Shown here: piece by piece, positions 22,240 to 33,606 of the stretch
Layout: each line of letters opens with the position of its first letter
Numbering within the stretch: position 1 is the stretch's first letter
Assembly: GCF_001194135.2 (NCBI RefSeq)
Contig: NC_068986.1
Coordinates: 2,318,644 to 2,357,308 of the forward strand
Length of the DNA: 38,665 nucleotides
Direction: 5' to 3'
Origin: Octopus bimaculoides
Taxonomy: Eukaryota
The notes under the pieces: model-generated
The model's input: the letters and a program-made list of their open reading frames with translations, nothing else
Databases searched by the model: none
What the model was told of the DNA's origin: nothing
Translations under genes and position numbers: made by a program

Positions 22240-23330
22240 TTAGGCTGACGAAAAACAAATGAAGAATTCATAAACAGGGACAAAAAAAGGACCAGAATGG
22301 ACAAGAGCTAATTGTTTGCAAGGGCGTTAGATATCTAGGTGTTGTGCTTACCTGTGCTAAAACGTATACTAGTATGATATAGAATATTAAATATTCAAGG
22401 AGTAACAACGTGCCTGTAGAGTTTATCTCTACAGTGTAGCGACCCCTGGTAGCACTGCCAGGCCAAGGACATCTGCAAATTATCCATGATAGATCCCGAC
22501 CGGAAAGTACTCCGGAACAAACTAGCCAGTTCGTTCTCGTCGGCGCCCAGAGTCTCCCCGAGAACGTTGTCGCACTTCCTCGCCATTAATCCTCTATAAA
22601 TTTCTAAAGTGGAACATCTACCGATCTCATTGCCCGACTATTTGAGGGCCGTGAGCGTCTGACGACAGTCTAGGTGCCAGGTGCCCAGTCTCAGTCTTTT
22701 CTTCACCCAGGACTGCAGCTCCATCAAGGAGACGAGCTGCGGAAAGACGAGCCTCATAAACGGAACCCACACACGCTCATCGTCCAGAAATCGTTGCAGG
22801 TGACGTAAGCTGGATGCGTATCTGCGCATTAGGAGCCACGGTATACCTAATCCGCCACTCAGAGAAGGCTGGCAACAGAGTGACCGCCTGACCATTAGAA
22901 CGCATCCCTTCCACAAGAATTTAAATTAAAGACGCTCCAACCTAGTCAAGCAGTGACCGAGTCAAGGCACGGCAATCAGGCGATAAATGATAACGGAGGC
23001 GGTGTAGACATTCGTCACCTCTGTCTCACCTTTTCTGGACACCTTCCTCCTTTCTGGTTAAGACTAGCCACCCTGTCGCCACCTCGTCCCAGTTCTTATC
23101 AACCTGGAAGTTAGGACCAAAGTAGACCCCGAGCAGGATAACTGGTCCGTCGGTCCAGCGTCCGACGGCGCCGTCCGATGGCCTCGTCCTGCCTGTCTGG
23201 GAGCCCAACCGCAAACCCACCGATTTGTCGGCGTTGATTTTAGTTCCTGCAACCGATTCATATTCCTTTACGATGGTGCTGACCGTCTCCACTTCGGACA
23301 CGTCAGTCCTTTCTACCATAGACACAAGAT
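22240..23330 (-). mobile_element. L1/Tx1-clade ORF2 3' part (late RT to zf-RVT-like region) with deletions, plus probable 3' UTR
   Basis: YESVAGTKINADKSVGLRLG...GRWTDGPVILLGVYFGP; LAWQCYQGSLHCRDKLYRH. Confidence 0.8.
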
Positions 23331-23339
23331 CTGAAATTT

Positions 23340-23440
23340 GGTGGGAGAAGACTAGTCGATTTTATCGATCCCACTGTTTCGCTGGTACTTATTTCATCGA
23401 CGCCGAAAGGATAAAAAGCAAAGTCGACCTCAGCGATATT
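23340..23440 (-). mobile_element. Partial family A SINE
   Basis: Reverse complement of gctgaggtcgactttgctttttatcctttcggcgtcgatgaaataagtaccag...gggatcgataaaatcgact. Confidence 0.8.
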
Positions 23441-23445
23441 TGAAT

Positions 23446-23481
<36 letters not shown>

Positions 23482-23519
23482 TTGAGGAGGAGGAGGAGGA
23501 GGAGGATAACGGTAACAAA

Positions 23520-24267
23520 AAAATTGACAAAGTAAAATCCCAACGATAGTTGAAAATCTCAAGACTCAAAACAGAGACTGAAGAATTTTTAATTGCAGCA
23601 AGAAAGTTTAAAGCCTTCCCACCAGAAATCATCAAAAGCACATAATGAAAACCAAAATACAACTGCAGAATATGAGGTGATGGGGAAGAAACAGTAAATC
23701 ATACTGTCTGTGGCTGCCCAGTCCTGGCTTAGAAGGATTATATTTACAGATATGACAAAGTTGGGACCTATATACACTGGAAGCTATCCCAACACCATGG
23801 AATGACAACAGAGAAAGGATAGTATAAGCACACCCCAGAAAAGATCTCATAAAATGACAAAGCAACCATACTCTGAGATATACCAATACACGCTGATAGA
23901 GAAATTAAGGCTAATAAGCCGGATATAGTTATCAGAGATCAAGAAAAAATGCCTTCTAATTGATGTATCACTACCAATAGACGACAATGTATCTCTAAAG
24001 AAACGGAGAAACTCTCAAAATACAAGGATCTGGAAATAGAGGTAACTCGAATGTGGAGCCTAAGAACAGAAACAATCCCAATAATAATCGGTGCATTAGG
24101 TGTAATTAAAAAACATACAGACAAAAACATAACCAAAACACCAGAACTTATAAATGTATATAACATACAGATAATCGCGTTACTAGGCACGGCACATATC
24201 CTATGTAAAGCACTTTCAATACAGTGAAAATAAGAGCATCACAACAAACTACAGCACATACCCAAGA
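23520..24267 (+). mobile_element. R4/Dong-like fragment with deletions (post-RT region, RLE domain, C-terminus, partial 3' UTR)
   Basis: LKTETEEFLIAA, YIHWKL, WYKHTP, DIPIHADREIKANKPDIVI, KYKDLEIEVTRMWSLRTETIPIIIGALG, LLGTAHIL; preceded by (GAT)n(GAG)n. Confidence 0.85.
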
Positions 24268-24327
24268 TACAACGGGAATTAGTACAACCGGAATTAGTAC
24301 AACCGGAATTAGTACAACCGCAATTGA
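24268..24327. repeat. 15-bp tandem repeat TACAACCGGAATTAG, about 4 copies
   Basis: Units start at 24268, 24283, 24298 and 24313; the two middle units are identical. Confidence 0.9.
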
Positions 24328-24869
24328 TTCTACTGTTTACATAAATACAAGTCAGCGCGCTTCTGTTTGGTTGCTCAACCTGAGAGAAATCACAGCCAAA
24401 CCTCCCTTAATTTACACCCCAACCTTTTCCTTAAAGGAGAAAAGATACATTTTGTAACGTAATCCTAGATAGACTATTCCTGCAACAAACAGTCGATGAC
24501 TGGAACTCCTTTGATTATCGACTTGCTTGATAAGAGGTGATTTGGGATTAAACCACAACAAACTTTACTAAAACTCAACAGATAAATACATACAAATACT
24601 TATATAATTAATATTGTTTGATCTTTTGCGGAGTGGCGTAATTAGCTCCTCTATTAACAAAGGTTGTTAATTCTTTTAGATAAGCGTAATAAACTTAGTG
24701 TTCACTCACGCTTTCAAATTTATATTCGCTGTTTTGCAACTCATTTCGTTTTGTCTAGACTTCATTTCTTTTTTTCACTAATTTCATATTTTTTTTCCCC
24801 TCTTCATATTTTGCTATTACTTTTCACAACTACAAAAATGCCTTCGTATATATACATGTGTGTGTGTGT

Positions 24870-24910
<41 letters not shown>

Positions 24911-24952
24911 TAGGTATGTATATACGTATAGATCTACATATATATATATATA

Positions 24953-25211
24953 NNNNNNNNNNNNNNNNNNNNNNNNNNNNNNNNNNNNNNNNNNNNNNNN
25001 NNNNNNNNNNNNNNNNNNNNNNNNNNNNNNNNNNNNNNNNNNNNNNNNNNNNNNNNNNNNNNNNNNNNNNNNNNNNNNNNNNNNNNNNNNNNNNNNNNNN
25101 NNNNNNNNNNNNNNNNNNNNNNNNNNNNNNNNNNNNNNNNNNNNNNNNNNNNNNNNNNNNNNNNNNNNNNNNNNNNNNNNNNNNNNNNNNNNNNNNNNNN
25201 NNNNNNNNNNN
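24953..25211. other. Assembly gap between (TA)n and (AAT)n
   Basis: N run. Confidence 1.
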
Positions 25212-25283
<72 letters not shown>

Positions 25284-25390
25284 AAGAAGAAGAAGAAGAA
25301 GAAGAAGAAGAAGAAGAAGAAGAAGAAGAAGAAGAAAAAGAAGAAGAAGAAGAAGAAGAAGAAGAAGAAGAAGAAGAAGAAGAAGAAGAA
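25212..25390. repeat. (AAT)n-(GAA)n microsatellite
   Basis: Seen directly in the sequence. Confidence 0.95.
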
Positions 25391-25734
25391 TAGGCAGTGG
25401 TTCTCATGGCTTCTGATCCTAACTGATTGGAAGTGTTAACATGTACATATTTTCTCTTGGTGTAAAAGATGGGCTGCAGCAAGTATTCTGCCCAATATAA
25501 GAGATTTGCTTGTCTGTTGTTTAACCTTAAACCAGTTGAGCATGTTCCTTAATGGATAATGTTATATGCATCTCTGATCACGAGCAGGAGTAGTGGGGAA
25601 GCATCACAGCTATGTGTTGAGACTGAATTCTTTGGATCTTGAATAATTCACCTTCGTTCATCATCCTTAAACAACCCTTATTCACGGACCTTTTGAGCGT
25701 GCCTGGTTACTCGACCTGAATAAATTTCTAATTG

Positions 25735-25919
25735 GGCCCCACCTGCAAGGTCATGCGCTGTTTATCTTGATATGAGATCACCATGTCGCGCACATATGGT
25801 TTTGAAGCATGTGGCTGGTGTACCCTTATCAGACGGGCAGACATGATGGGTATATTGGGCTCGGTATATTTGTACCCCAGTATCACTTTGATGGCATGCA
25901 CTGCTCTCTCACTCAATGA

Positions 25920-25953
<34 letters not shown>

Positions 25954-25995
25954 GGTGGTGGTGGTGGTGGTGGTGGTGGTAATGATGATGATTAC
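25735..25995 (+). mobile_element. Probable 3' end of a non-LTR retroelement, ending in a (GAT)n(GGT)n tail
   Basis: ...ccccagtatcactttgatggcatgcactgctctctcactcaat runs into trinucleotide repeats; recognised from memory as a cephalopod dispersed repeat, family uncertain. Confidence 0.4.
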
Positions 25996-26169
25996 GCTGT
26001 TTTCTTCTTTATTGGCCACACGGATCGTACCATACAAATAGAAACGTTACACATGAGGTGGTGACCACAACGTGTGGGAATAGACAGCATAAAGTTATAT
26101 AAAATACAAAGGGAGGAGTAAACACGTTTATAAAATAAGTATGGGGAAATTTGGTGTGGCTTATAAGCT

Positions 26170-26790
26170 CACAAGCAAAGTTTACAACGGCGGATCCTGA
26201 AATGGAGGATCTTGAAATGGAGAAGGATACTGAGATGTAGGTAAATTAGCCTTGCAACAAGAACAACACATCCTTATAGTTTCTCCATCCCTATTTTTTT
26301 GCATAACAGTTCTCACTGGTTTTGAACATTGAACCAATAGATATCACACTTTCCGAAGAATCCTCATGTGTCTGATCGTAGTTAAAGGTTGCTAGTCTCC
26401 ACTCTTCACGAGAAAAAAACCTCATTTGCTCTGATGTTTCCTGTTTTGTGGAGGGAACATTTCTGAATAAGTTACTTCGAAGTCGTGCAGTTTATACCTG
26501 TTCACTTGGGTGGGCTTTTCTATCAGCTTGAAACTCCAACCACCGTCGTTTCTGCTCTGGTGTCTCATGTTTCCTCAAGTAGATTTGTCTATTGGTTTGA
26601 AACTCCAATCTCTGTCGCTTCTGCTCTGGTAACTTTTGTTCTCTCAAACGGGATTGTCTGGTTGTTTCAAATAGGCCTTGCTTCTCGTTGCTTTTTGTAT
26701 CTCCACAGCATTTCGTATTCTCTGAGACTGGAGCCTGTCTAGCTTTTCTTCTTGAGTTTCCCTAGCCTTTCGACTTCTGGAGCGCCGGGC
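26170..26790 (-). mobile_element. Helitron RepHel N-terminal remnant with 23-aa (STPR-like) repeats and Cys-rich motif; probable 5' end near 27295
   Basis: ETQEEKLDRLQSQRIRNA; LPEQKRQRLEFQTNRQIYLRKHE-TPEQKRRWLEFQADRK (69-bp period); ATFNYD...ISIGSM.KTSENCYAKK; GETIRMCCSCCKANLP; DPP. Confidence 0.75.
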
Positions 26791-27376
26791 TTAAGATGAT
26801 TGAAAAGTATTATATTATCTTCTACGAATCATATTCAATGTTCTAAAGTATAACGTTTAAAAAATCCAAAATAAATCCCGTAACATCTAATTCATTTTTT
26901 GTTGTTTCTAAATTCAATTATGTGGTTTTATTTCATCCAGCTACCGTGCTTCATAAAAATCAGTCCAGTATAGCAATTATAGGTGTAACTATGAGGACTC
27001 CCCTCTCTCCTCGCCTCCGTTTTCGGGGTGGGGGGAAGAGGCGTTGGCTAGTAAGTCGGGTTGAAAACAAACGAAAAAACGTAGAAAAGAATAAAAATTT
27101 CCGAAGCTGGGAAAATCTGAGGGTCCTCCACACACACTTCACCCCTCACCCCAAACCTGTTTTCGGAATAAAGTCCGTTGCAAGTATGTCGGAAGTCAGA
27201 TTAGTTGAAAACACACGGAAAATGTTAATTATTACCAATTTTATTTAGCGTTATTAACGACCAACATACAAACAATATTCCTTTTTATAGGTATTATATA
27301 TTGCTGCTGCTGCTGCTGTTGCTGCTGTTGTTGTCGTCTCTGCTGCTGTTGCTTTTACAGTTGTTGTTATTATTAA

Positions 27377-27610
27377 GGGGGTTAGCTGGCAGAAGCGTTA
27401 ACACGCCGGACGAAATGCTTAGCGATATTTCGTCTGTCTTTACGTTCTGGGTTCAAATTCCGCTCAGGTCGACTTTGCCTTTCATCCTTTCGGGGTTCAT
27501 AAATTAAGTAACAGTTACGCACTGGGGTCGATGTAATCGACTTAAATCCCTTTTTCTGTCCTTGTTTGTCCCCTCTGTGTTTAGCCCCTTGTGGGCAATA
27601 AAGAAATAAG
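27377..27610 (+). mobile_element. Family A SINE with an alternative 3' tail ending ...ccccttgtgggcaataaagaaat
   Basis: Head and core as in other copies; the tail differs from the cccc..aaaatttcaggcct..agaaaag tail. Confidence 0.85.
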
Positions 27611-27649
27611 AAACGTTAACACAGCTGCTGCTGCTGTTGTTGTTATTAA

Positions 27650-27845
27650 GGTGGTTAGCTGGCAGAAATAGTAACACACCAGACAAAATGCTTAGCAGCA
27701 TTCCGAGTTCAAATTCCACCCAGGTCAACTTTGCCTTTCATCCTTTCGGGGTCGATGAAACAAACACCAATTGAGCAATGGAGTCGATGTAATCGACCGG
27801 CCCCCTCCCCTACAAAATTTCAGGCCTTGTACTTACAGCAGAAAG
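27650..27845 (+). mobile_element. Family A SINE with the standard tail, followed by (AGT)n
   Basis: gtggttagctggcagaa...gttcaaattccacccaggtcaac...ccctacaaaatttcaggccttgtacttacagcagaaag. Confidence 0.85.
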
Positions 27846-28030
27846 TAGTAGTAGTAATAGTAGTAGTAATAGTAGTAGTAGTAGTGAGAAAAATACGTTA
27901 AGTAGTCCCTTTCTTGGGACAAAAATAATAGGGTACATCGTAAAGGCGAGACGAGGGCTAACGAAGACATTCAAGGAAAAACACTCATAGCTAAAAAGAA
28001 TGTCCAAATCTGTGTTTCCAAAATGTTCAG

Positions 28031-28096
28031 TATTGACAAATATGTTTAAGGTTAACAAATGTGCTTAGGGTTAACAAATGTGCTTAGGGTTAACAC
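28031..28096. repeat. 19-bp tandem repeat GTTAACAAATGTGCTTAGG (2 exact plus 2 partial copies)
   Basis: Exact units at 28051-28069 and 28070-28088. Confidence 0.85.
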
Positions 28097-29084
28097 AAAG
28101 TGTGTTTGAATTCTTAAACGATGTTTGCAGATCCTAATAATGCTTGTTTTTTTTTTAACATGTCTCTTGCCTCTGTCTATAAATAATTTGTCAGTTGTGC
28201 TAATTATTTTAAGTGAGAAGCTAAACCCATCCTTAACTGCCAAAATGTTTTTAATTAATTAGCTGGGTCAGTAGTAATATCTTAGCTTTTCAAGTTACTT
28301 TTATACAATTTGAAATCTTTTGGTATTTGCTACATCGATAAAGGCAGCAAAGTGGCCGAGTCCGGCTTATTTCCCTTCATCAGCTCGGAATAATTGTTCG
28401 GCGAGAGGTGAATTTTTTATTAAGATAATTAATATCGTACATAGGAGGGGGACAAAACAGGACAATACAAACAATTATTGTTATGAGTTCGTATGATACT
28501 TAGTTTTTAAAAATATTGAATAATATATAATTAAAATTTGATCATATAGCATGTCTTTGTAGCCGTTCACCACGTTGACCTAAAGGCCATCAATATGTTC
28601 GTTTCGGGTGCTGCTTTAGGTTCAGACTCCAAAGTCTAAGCAAATTTCCTGTGAAGATTTTATTGCTATGGATATAATCAACTTACTGCTTTTTTAACTC
28701 CGAAATGAACAAGGGTAAGCAGCAGACAAACTTTTAAATTATGTTAGTAAGGAACATTAATAACTACCTTCATATATTGCTCCCTAACCTTCAATAATCC
28801 CTATAAACCTCTCTCTTCTAGGAGTGTGTAGTCGCTGGCTGGTAGACATATTGTGTAATAATGTGGCGTTTCTAATACATTTCTCGTGTTGTATTAACTC
28901 AAAAGTTCCTGGTACACAGTGCAAATAATGATTTTTATCGGTTGGCAAATATAAGCACTTATCAGAAAACAATTCGTTTGCTGAAATTATAAACAAGACC
29001 AGTAGCAGTTTTAGGTTCAAAAGGTCCATTTACTTCTCGTCGACGAAGTACACTTTTTTCTGTAGTATTTCACTCTCGGAGATC

Positions 29085-30060
29085 ATTCCCAGCTCGAATA
29101 TCAGTGGGGACACTCTATACCCCTGGAAGATTCCTCTCTTGATTTTCACCTCTCCTAGTACTTGCTTCTCTGCTGTCAATTCCGTTTTCTAGCTTGTCAT
29201 ATTCCGTATAAGGCTTCTCATATTCTCTGCTACTCCATACATTTCCATTGTTCTTATTATCCAGGAGTGTGTGATATCATATCGTACGCTTTGCAATAAT
29301 CAACCCATGCCATGTTCAGGTTTATATGTCTTCTGTTGCAGTTCCTGATAATTAGATTATCAATTAAGAGCTGATCCTTCGTTCCCCGGCTCCTTTTTCG
29401 GCACCCTTTCTGTTCAATGCGTAACAACCCACTTTTTACCAAGTATTTGTACAGTTCACTGGCCAAAGCACCTAATATTAGTTTCCACATTAGCGGAAGA
29501 TATGTTATTGGTCTAAAGTTGGATGCAGCATTTCCCTTTTCAGGATCCTTGGCACATAACATCTTTCCCTTTGTCATCCAGCTGGGTACTGTGCCTTCTT
29601 GCAAGCACTCATCTAGTTGTTGTGCTATTCTTTCATGGAGCCCTCTCTATTTCTTCATCCAATAACCCTGGACCCCATCCGGTGCTGGGCTCTTCCAATT
29701 TGGGAATTTTCCAAACTGCTTTTTTATCATTTCTGTAGTTATCTTTATGTCTTCTTGGATTTCATGCAACCACTCCGCTTCATCATTATGCTCTGCAGGT
29801 TGGTCCCAGATCCCTCTCCAGAATACCTTGCTTTCCTCTGCATCTGGTATCATTGTCACGTGTATTTGTCCATCTAGTTACTGAAAGAGTTTCTTCTGAT
29901 TCGCTTCAAACAATCTGTTTTGCCTGAACTGTTTTTTTTTTCTATTGTCATATCTTTCCAGTTTTGCTTTGATTGCTACTACTCTTTGTTTCAATTCTTC
30001 CAATATCACGTCATAACCCTTATCCCTTATTTTATGTTTTTTTCCAGCATTATTCTTATG
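29085..30060 (-). mobile_element. R4/Dong-like reverse transcriptase fragment, frameshifted
   Basis: [90 protein letters not shown]. Confidence 0.9.
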
Positions 30061-30129
30061 CTTCCGTTCTGTGACAAGAATGATCCATTATGAGCTCTAT
30101 GGAAATTGCGGTCTACAAAGAGCAAAGAC

Positions 30130-30560
30130 GTGGTATGACCAAATCTCAGAAGGAGTTACTGTGAATGAGGATTGCAAAAATTATGTGGGATACAATGACT
30201 CGGTGTGAGCATCGGATTAGACGTCTGAAAACCTGCTAATTGACAAAACATATCTGCTAATTGGCATAGCTTACCCTAATGACAACAGGATCGAAGAGAA
30301 AGAAGAAAAAGAGAACTATGATGAATTGAAGTGGGAAATACGCAAGTTGTGGGCAATGAAGAGAGTGGACGTGATACCAGTATTGATTGGCGCGCTTGGA
30401 GGTATCAGCACTCAACTATCAATGTGGCTCAAAAAGATTGGTGCAGATATAAAGATAGAACACCTACAAAAATCATCATTGCTTTGAACACCGAAGGGCT
30501 TTTGAAGCATGATCAGTAAATAAGTATCACCTTAGTCTGCTGGCTGTGGGTCCATCATAC
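30130..30560 (+). mobile_element. Decayed R4/Dong-like RLE and C-terminal fragment
   Basis: ENYDELKWEIRKLWAMKRVDVIPVLIGALGG...EHLQKSSLL...L.GF; preceded by a PEGV.VNE..KIMWD-like remnant. Confidence 0.75.
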
Positions 30561-30609
30561 CCAGCAGACAGCAAATAAACTGCTAGTAGCATGGAATAAT
30601 CAAGAGAAA

Positions 30610-30985
30610 CTCACATGGGATATGCCATTATACACAGACAAAAACAAAACTGCAACATAACCGACTAGATATCATTCTCCTACTGAAGGAGTCCAAATAA
30701 TGGACCTGCATCGATGTAGCATTACCTGCAAACTAGAATATTGCGAAGACAGAGGACGAGAAAGTCGGGAAGTACAGAGACCTAGGATCGGAAGTGAAAA
30801 GAATCCATGGGGCCTCAAAAGTCAGTATGGAGCCTAATGTGATTGGTGCACTTGGAACCATATCAAAAAGAGCAATATTTTGGCATCAAAAGCTGCAAAT
30901 ACCAAACTCCTGAAGAAGTATTCAGATGGCAATAATACTTAGAACAGCTCATGTGTTGAGGCAAGTGTTGCATCCCTAAGCTGTG
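30610..30985 (+). mobile_element. Decayed R4/Dong-like RLE and C-terminal fragment (another subfamily)
   Basis: LTWDMPLYTD, IDVALPA, EDEKVGKYRDL..EVKRI, VIGALGTISK, LRTAHVLRQVL. Confidence 0.75.
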
Positions 30986-31059
30986 CGATGAAGCTGAGAC
31001 GCGACATAGACATGAATAAATCAGGACAAGTTAAATGAATAAAGATGATGATGATGATG

Positions 31060-31420
31060 ATGATAATGGTGATTTCTTTATTCACTTCTAAGGGTTCATA
31101 GTAAAGCAGAGGGCAATACAGATGGTACATGACGGTGCAGGGCGACAGAGTGTAGGATTACATAAAACACATAAACAAGAGGCAAAACAGGAACAAAAAT
31201 AGAATATTTAAAACAAACAAAACTTCCTCTTGAGAGCTACTTGTGGAATCCGCACAAAAACACAGTCACCCTTACCACTTAAGCAAAGCACTCTCTCCAT
31301 TCTATACTGAACTGAGAGCAGGCCCGTTCATTCGGATTATACTTGTCACTCTTATCCATCCTTTAAAAAAATCACTGGGAAGCATCACTTTCCTCTCCTC
31401 CTTCATTAGAACAGTTGTTC
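31060..31420 (-). mobile_element. Probable 3' end of an L1/Tx1-like element with AATAAA and (ATC)n tail
   Basis: Minus strand EERKVMLPSDFFKGWIRVTSIIRMNGPALSSV*, then a T-rich UTR and ...cccttagaagtgaataaagaaatc followed by (ATC)n; assignment from recalled Tx1 termini. Confidence 0.5.
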
Positions 31421-31785
31421 TCCCCTGAAACAATCTTCACAGAAATATCATGTAAATTTTTCTTGCTTCCCTCTTATTATTTATGTAAAGGCAAAATAAT
31501 GATTCCACCCAAACAATTTACTTTCTTCGTCATAATGCTGGACAAGTTTTAAAAGTTTCAAAAATCGTCTCAAAAAAAGAAACATGAAATCACCGTTTAA
31601 GCCCACAGACCAAAATAGTAATTTAATATGAATCTGTAAAATTTAAGATTCATTATTTTTTTCCGTAGATAAACCTTCAGATTCTTCTTGATTTGTAATT
31701 GATTCCTGCTCCCAACTAAAATCCTTCTGCCTTACAAATAAAGATTATTTGAAACATTTAAAACTTATTTTTTCAACACCAAGGC

Positions 31786-31830
31786 GACGAGGAGATTCGC
31801 GGTGTGCTCAAGGTGTTCCGCGAAAATGTG
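31786..31830 (+). pseudogene. H4: Isolated histone H4 coding fragment (residues ~51-65)
   Basis: GAC GAG GAG ATT CGC GGT GTG CTC AAG GTG TTC CGC GAA AAT GTG = DEEIRGVLKVFRENV versus canonical H4 YEETRGVLKVFLENV (12/15 identical; each difference reachable by one substitution); H4 similarity stops on both sides. Confidence 0.8.
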
Positions 31831-33092
31831 AGCCTGATTAGATCACACACCTTTGACCTCAAACTGGTCGACTCATATTCGCTGTACTGCTTTCTGACTG
31901 ATGTCATTTTATTCATCTGCAAATTTTTATTGGCATTTTCCCCTTCGTCTCGTGTTCTTCGTGGACATTTTTATATAATTTACTTTTGTCCATCTATAAA
32001 TTTTGCATTTTCACGACAGATTAAACTTGTTGAAAAATGTTCAATTTTTCATCTTTTATACTTTGTGAGTTTTGTCTCAATATCAATGATTTGTGGGTGG
32101 AGGCAATAAAAAGAATAGATCGGCGTATACTGTTGCCTCCATAAACCCGGCATCTAATAGAATAGAATGGCGTTCTTAATGGTAATAATTTTATTATTAG
32201 TTGAACCTGGGAAAAATACAGGGTAGGGAAGGGGTAGCTTACAAATATTGCAGCTGAATCTGGAACTGAAACAAAAAATAAAGTTCAAATGAAATCATAT
32301 CCTTCCATTTAGACTCCAATTCCTCCTATGAAAAGAATTTCATACGAAACCTTCTTTATTTACTCCCTATAAAATAAAATATGGTGGATGATTGGAGAGG
32401 ATCGAAACACTCATGTTTGATGGAGATGTAACCGGTCAGTTACCTTCCTCTTGTGCTTTCCCAACTATAGCCAAATTGAAATTTAGGTATAGAGAAATAG
32501 GACGCGTTTTAACATGCCCAGTAACAGCCAAATAGGCAGTAGTATCCTCTCAGCTCAGTAATGCTTAGAGATAAATGGTGTGGTGGTTTTAGTGAGTTTA
32601 CTTTCTACAACTAAAAAGTGTAAATCTGTCGCCACTCGAGATAAAGTATACAGAATCTCTTTCCAAGTGGCTCTTGAAATCCAACACTCTTAAGTACCTG
32701 ATATCAGAAATTTCTCACCCCATTCCCAATATTCATGGCTTCTCTAAAGCTTTACCAACAAACTTTCCTTCTTTAAAATACACAAAATTTAAATTATTTT
32801 CCTCAGATGCAGCATAAACCATTGAGCATGATCTCAATTAAGCATGCACATGAGAAGGGAAAGAAGGTGTCCCTTCACATTTATTATCAACAAGCTGTCC
32901 AAGGGTTGCCTTGTCATCCCTTTACAGTGTCCCTGCTGTTTTTATTCATCCGATATCATCCAAAAGGCATCATTTGAATTTATATTCCAACAACAACTGC
33001 AATATTTTTAAGTTCCCACTTCTTGTCCTGTAATTTTCTAGATTCACTTAATTAAAAATAATATCACTCTTGCGTCCGCGTTTTTCCGGCTG

Positions 33093-33207
<115 letters not shown>

Positions 33208-33275
33208 TTCGTAATCTCTATTAACAAGCCCATTAATATTGATAATATTGTTTTTTTGTTGTTTTTTAGTATTGC

Positions 33276-33306
<31 letters not shown>

Positions 33307-33606
33307 TAACACAGATAATATCCTTCTTTGACTCTTTAAGTTGTGTCCTGTTCATATTCAGATTGCTCAAGTCGCTCAACAATTGGTTGGAATCAAAATG
33401 AAATATTCTACGAACCGGATACAAGTTTGTTTACTCTGTTTTGCTTACTTACATCCTTCCACTTTCCTTTTTCTCATTTCTCTCTCTTTCTCTTTCGCCT
33501 TCTTTCCCCTCACTCTTTCTTTCTCTCTCAATTTTCTTTTCTTTTCATTTCTTTTTTTTTTCTTCTTCCGCGTGTGTATGTCTGTATTTGTCTATGTTTG
33601 TATATA

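Noticed and set aside
28340-28400. Minus-strand ccgag-CTGATGA-aggGAAAtaagccggactcgg, hammerhead-like with ccgag/ctcgg pairing
   Set aside because: No stem II and no GAAAC...UH geometry; at best an unrecognisably deleted remnant.
28784-29029. 81-aa ORF with a hydrophobic N-terminus and cysteines (MDLLNLKLLLVLFIISA...)
   Set aside because: No recognisable family, and it starts at the edge of a retrotransposon fragment; expected by chance in AT-rich DNA.
32400-33040. Faint RT-like traces on the minus strand (QG.P-like, Y(A)-like, RYL.V, VES.L)
   Set aside because: Too degenerate to call by eye; a tBLASTn or profile search would be needed.
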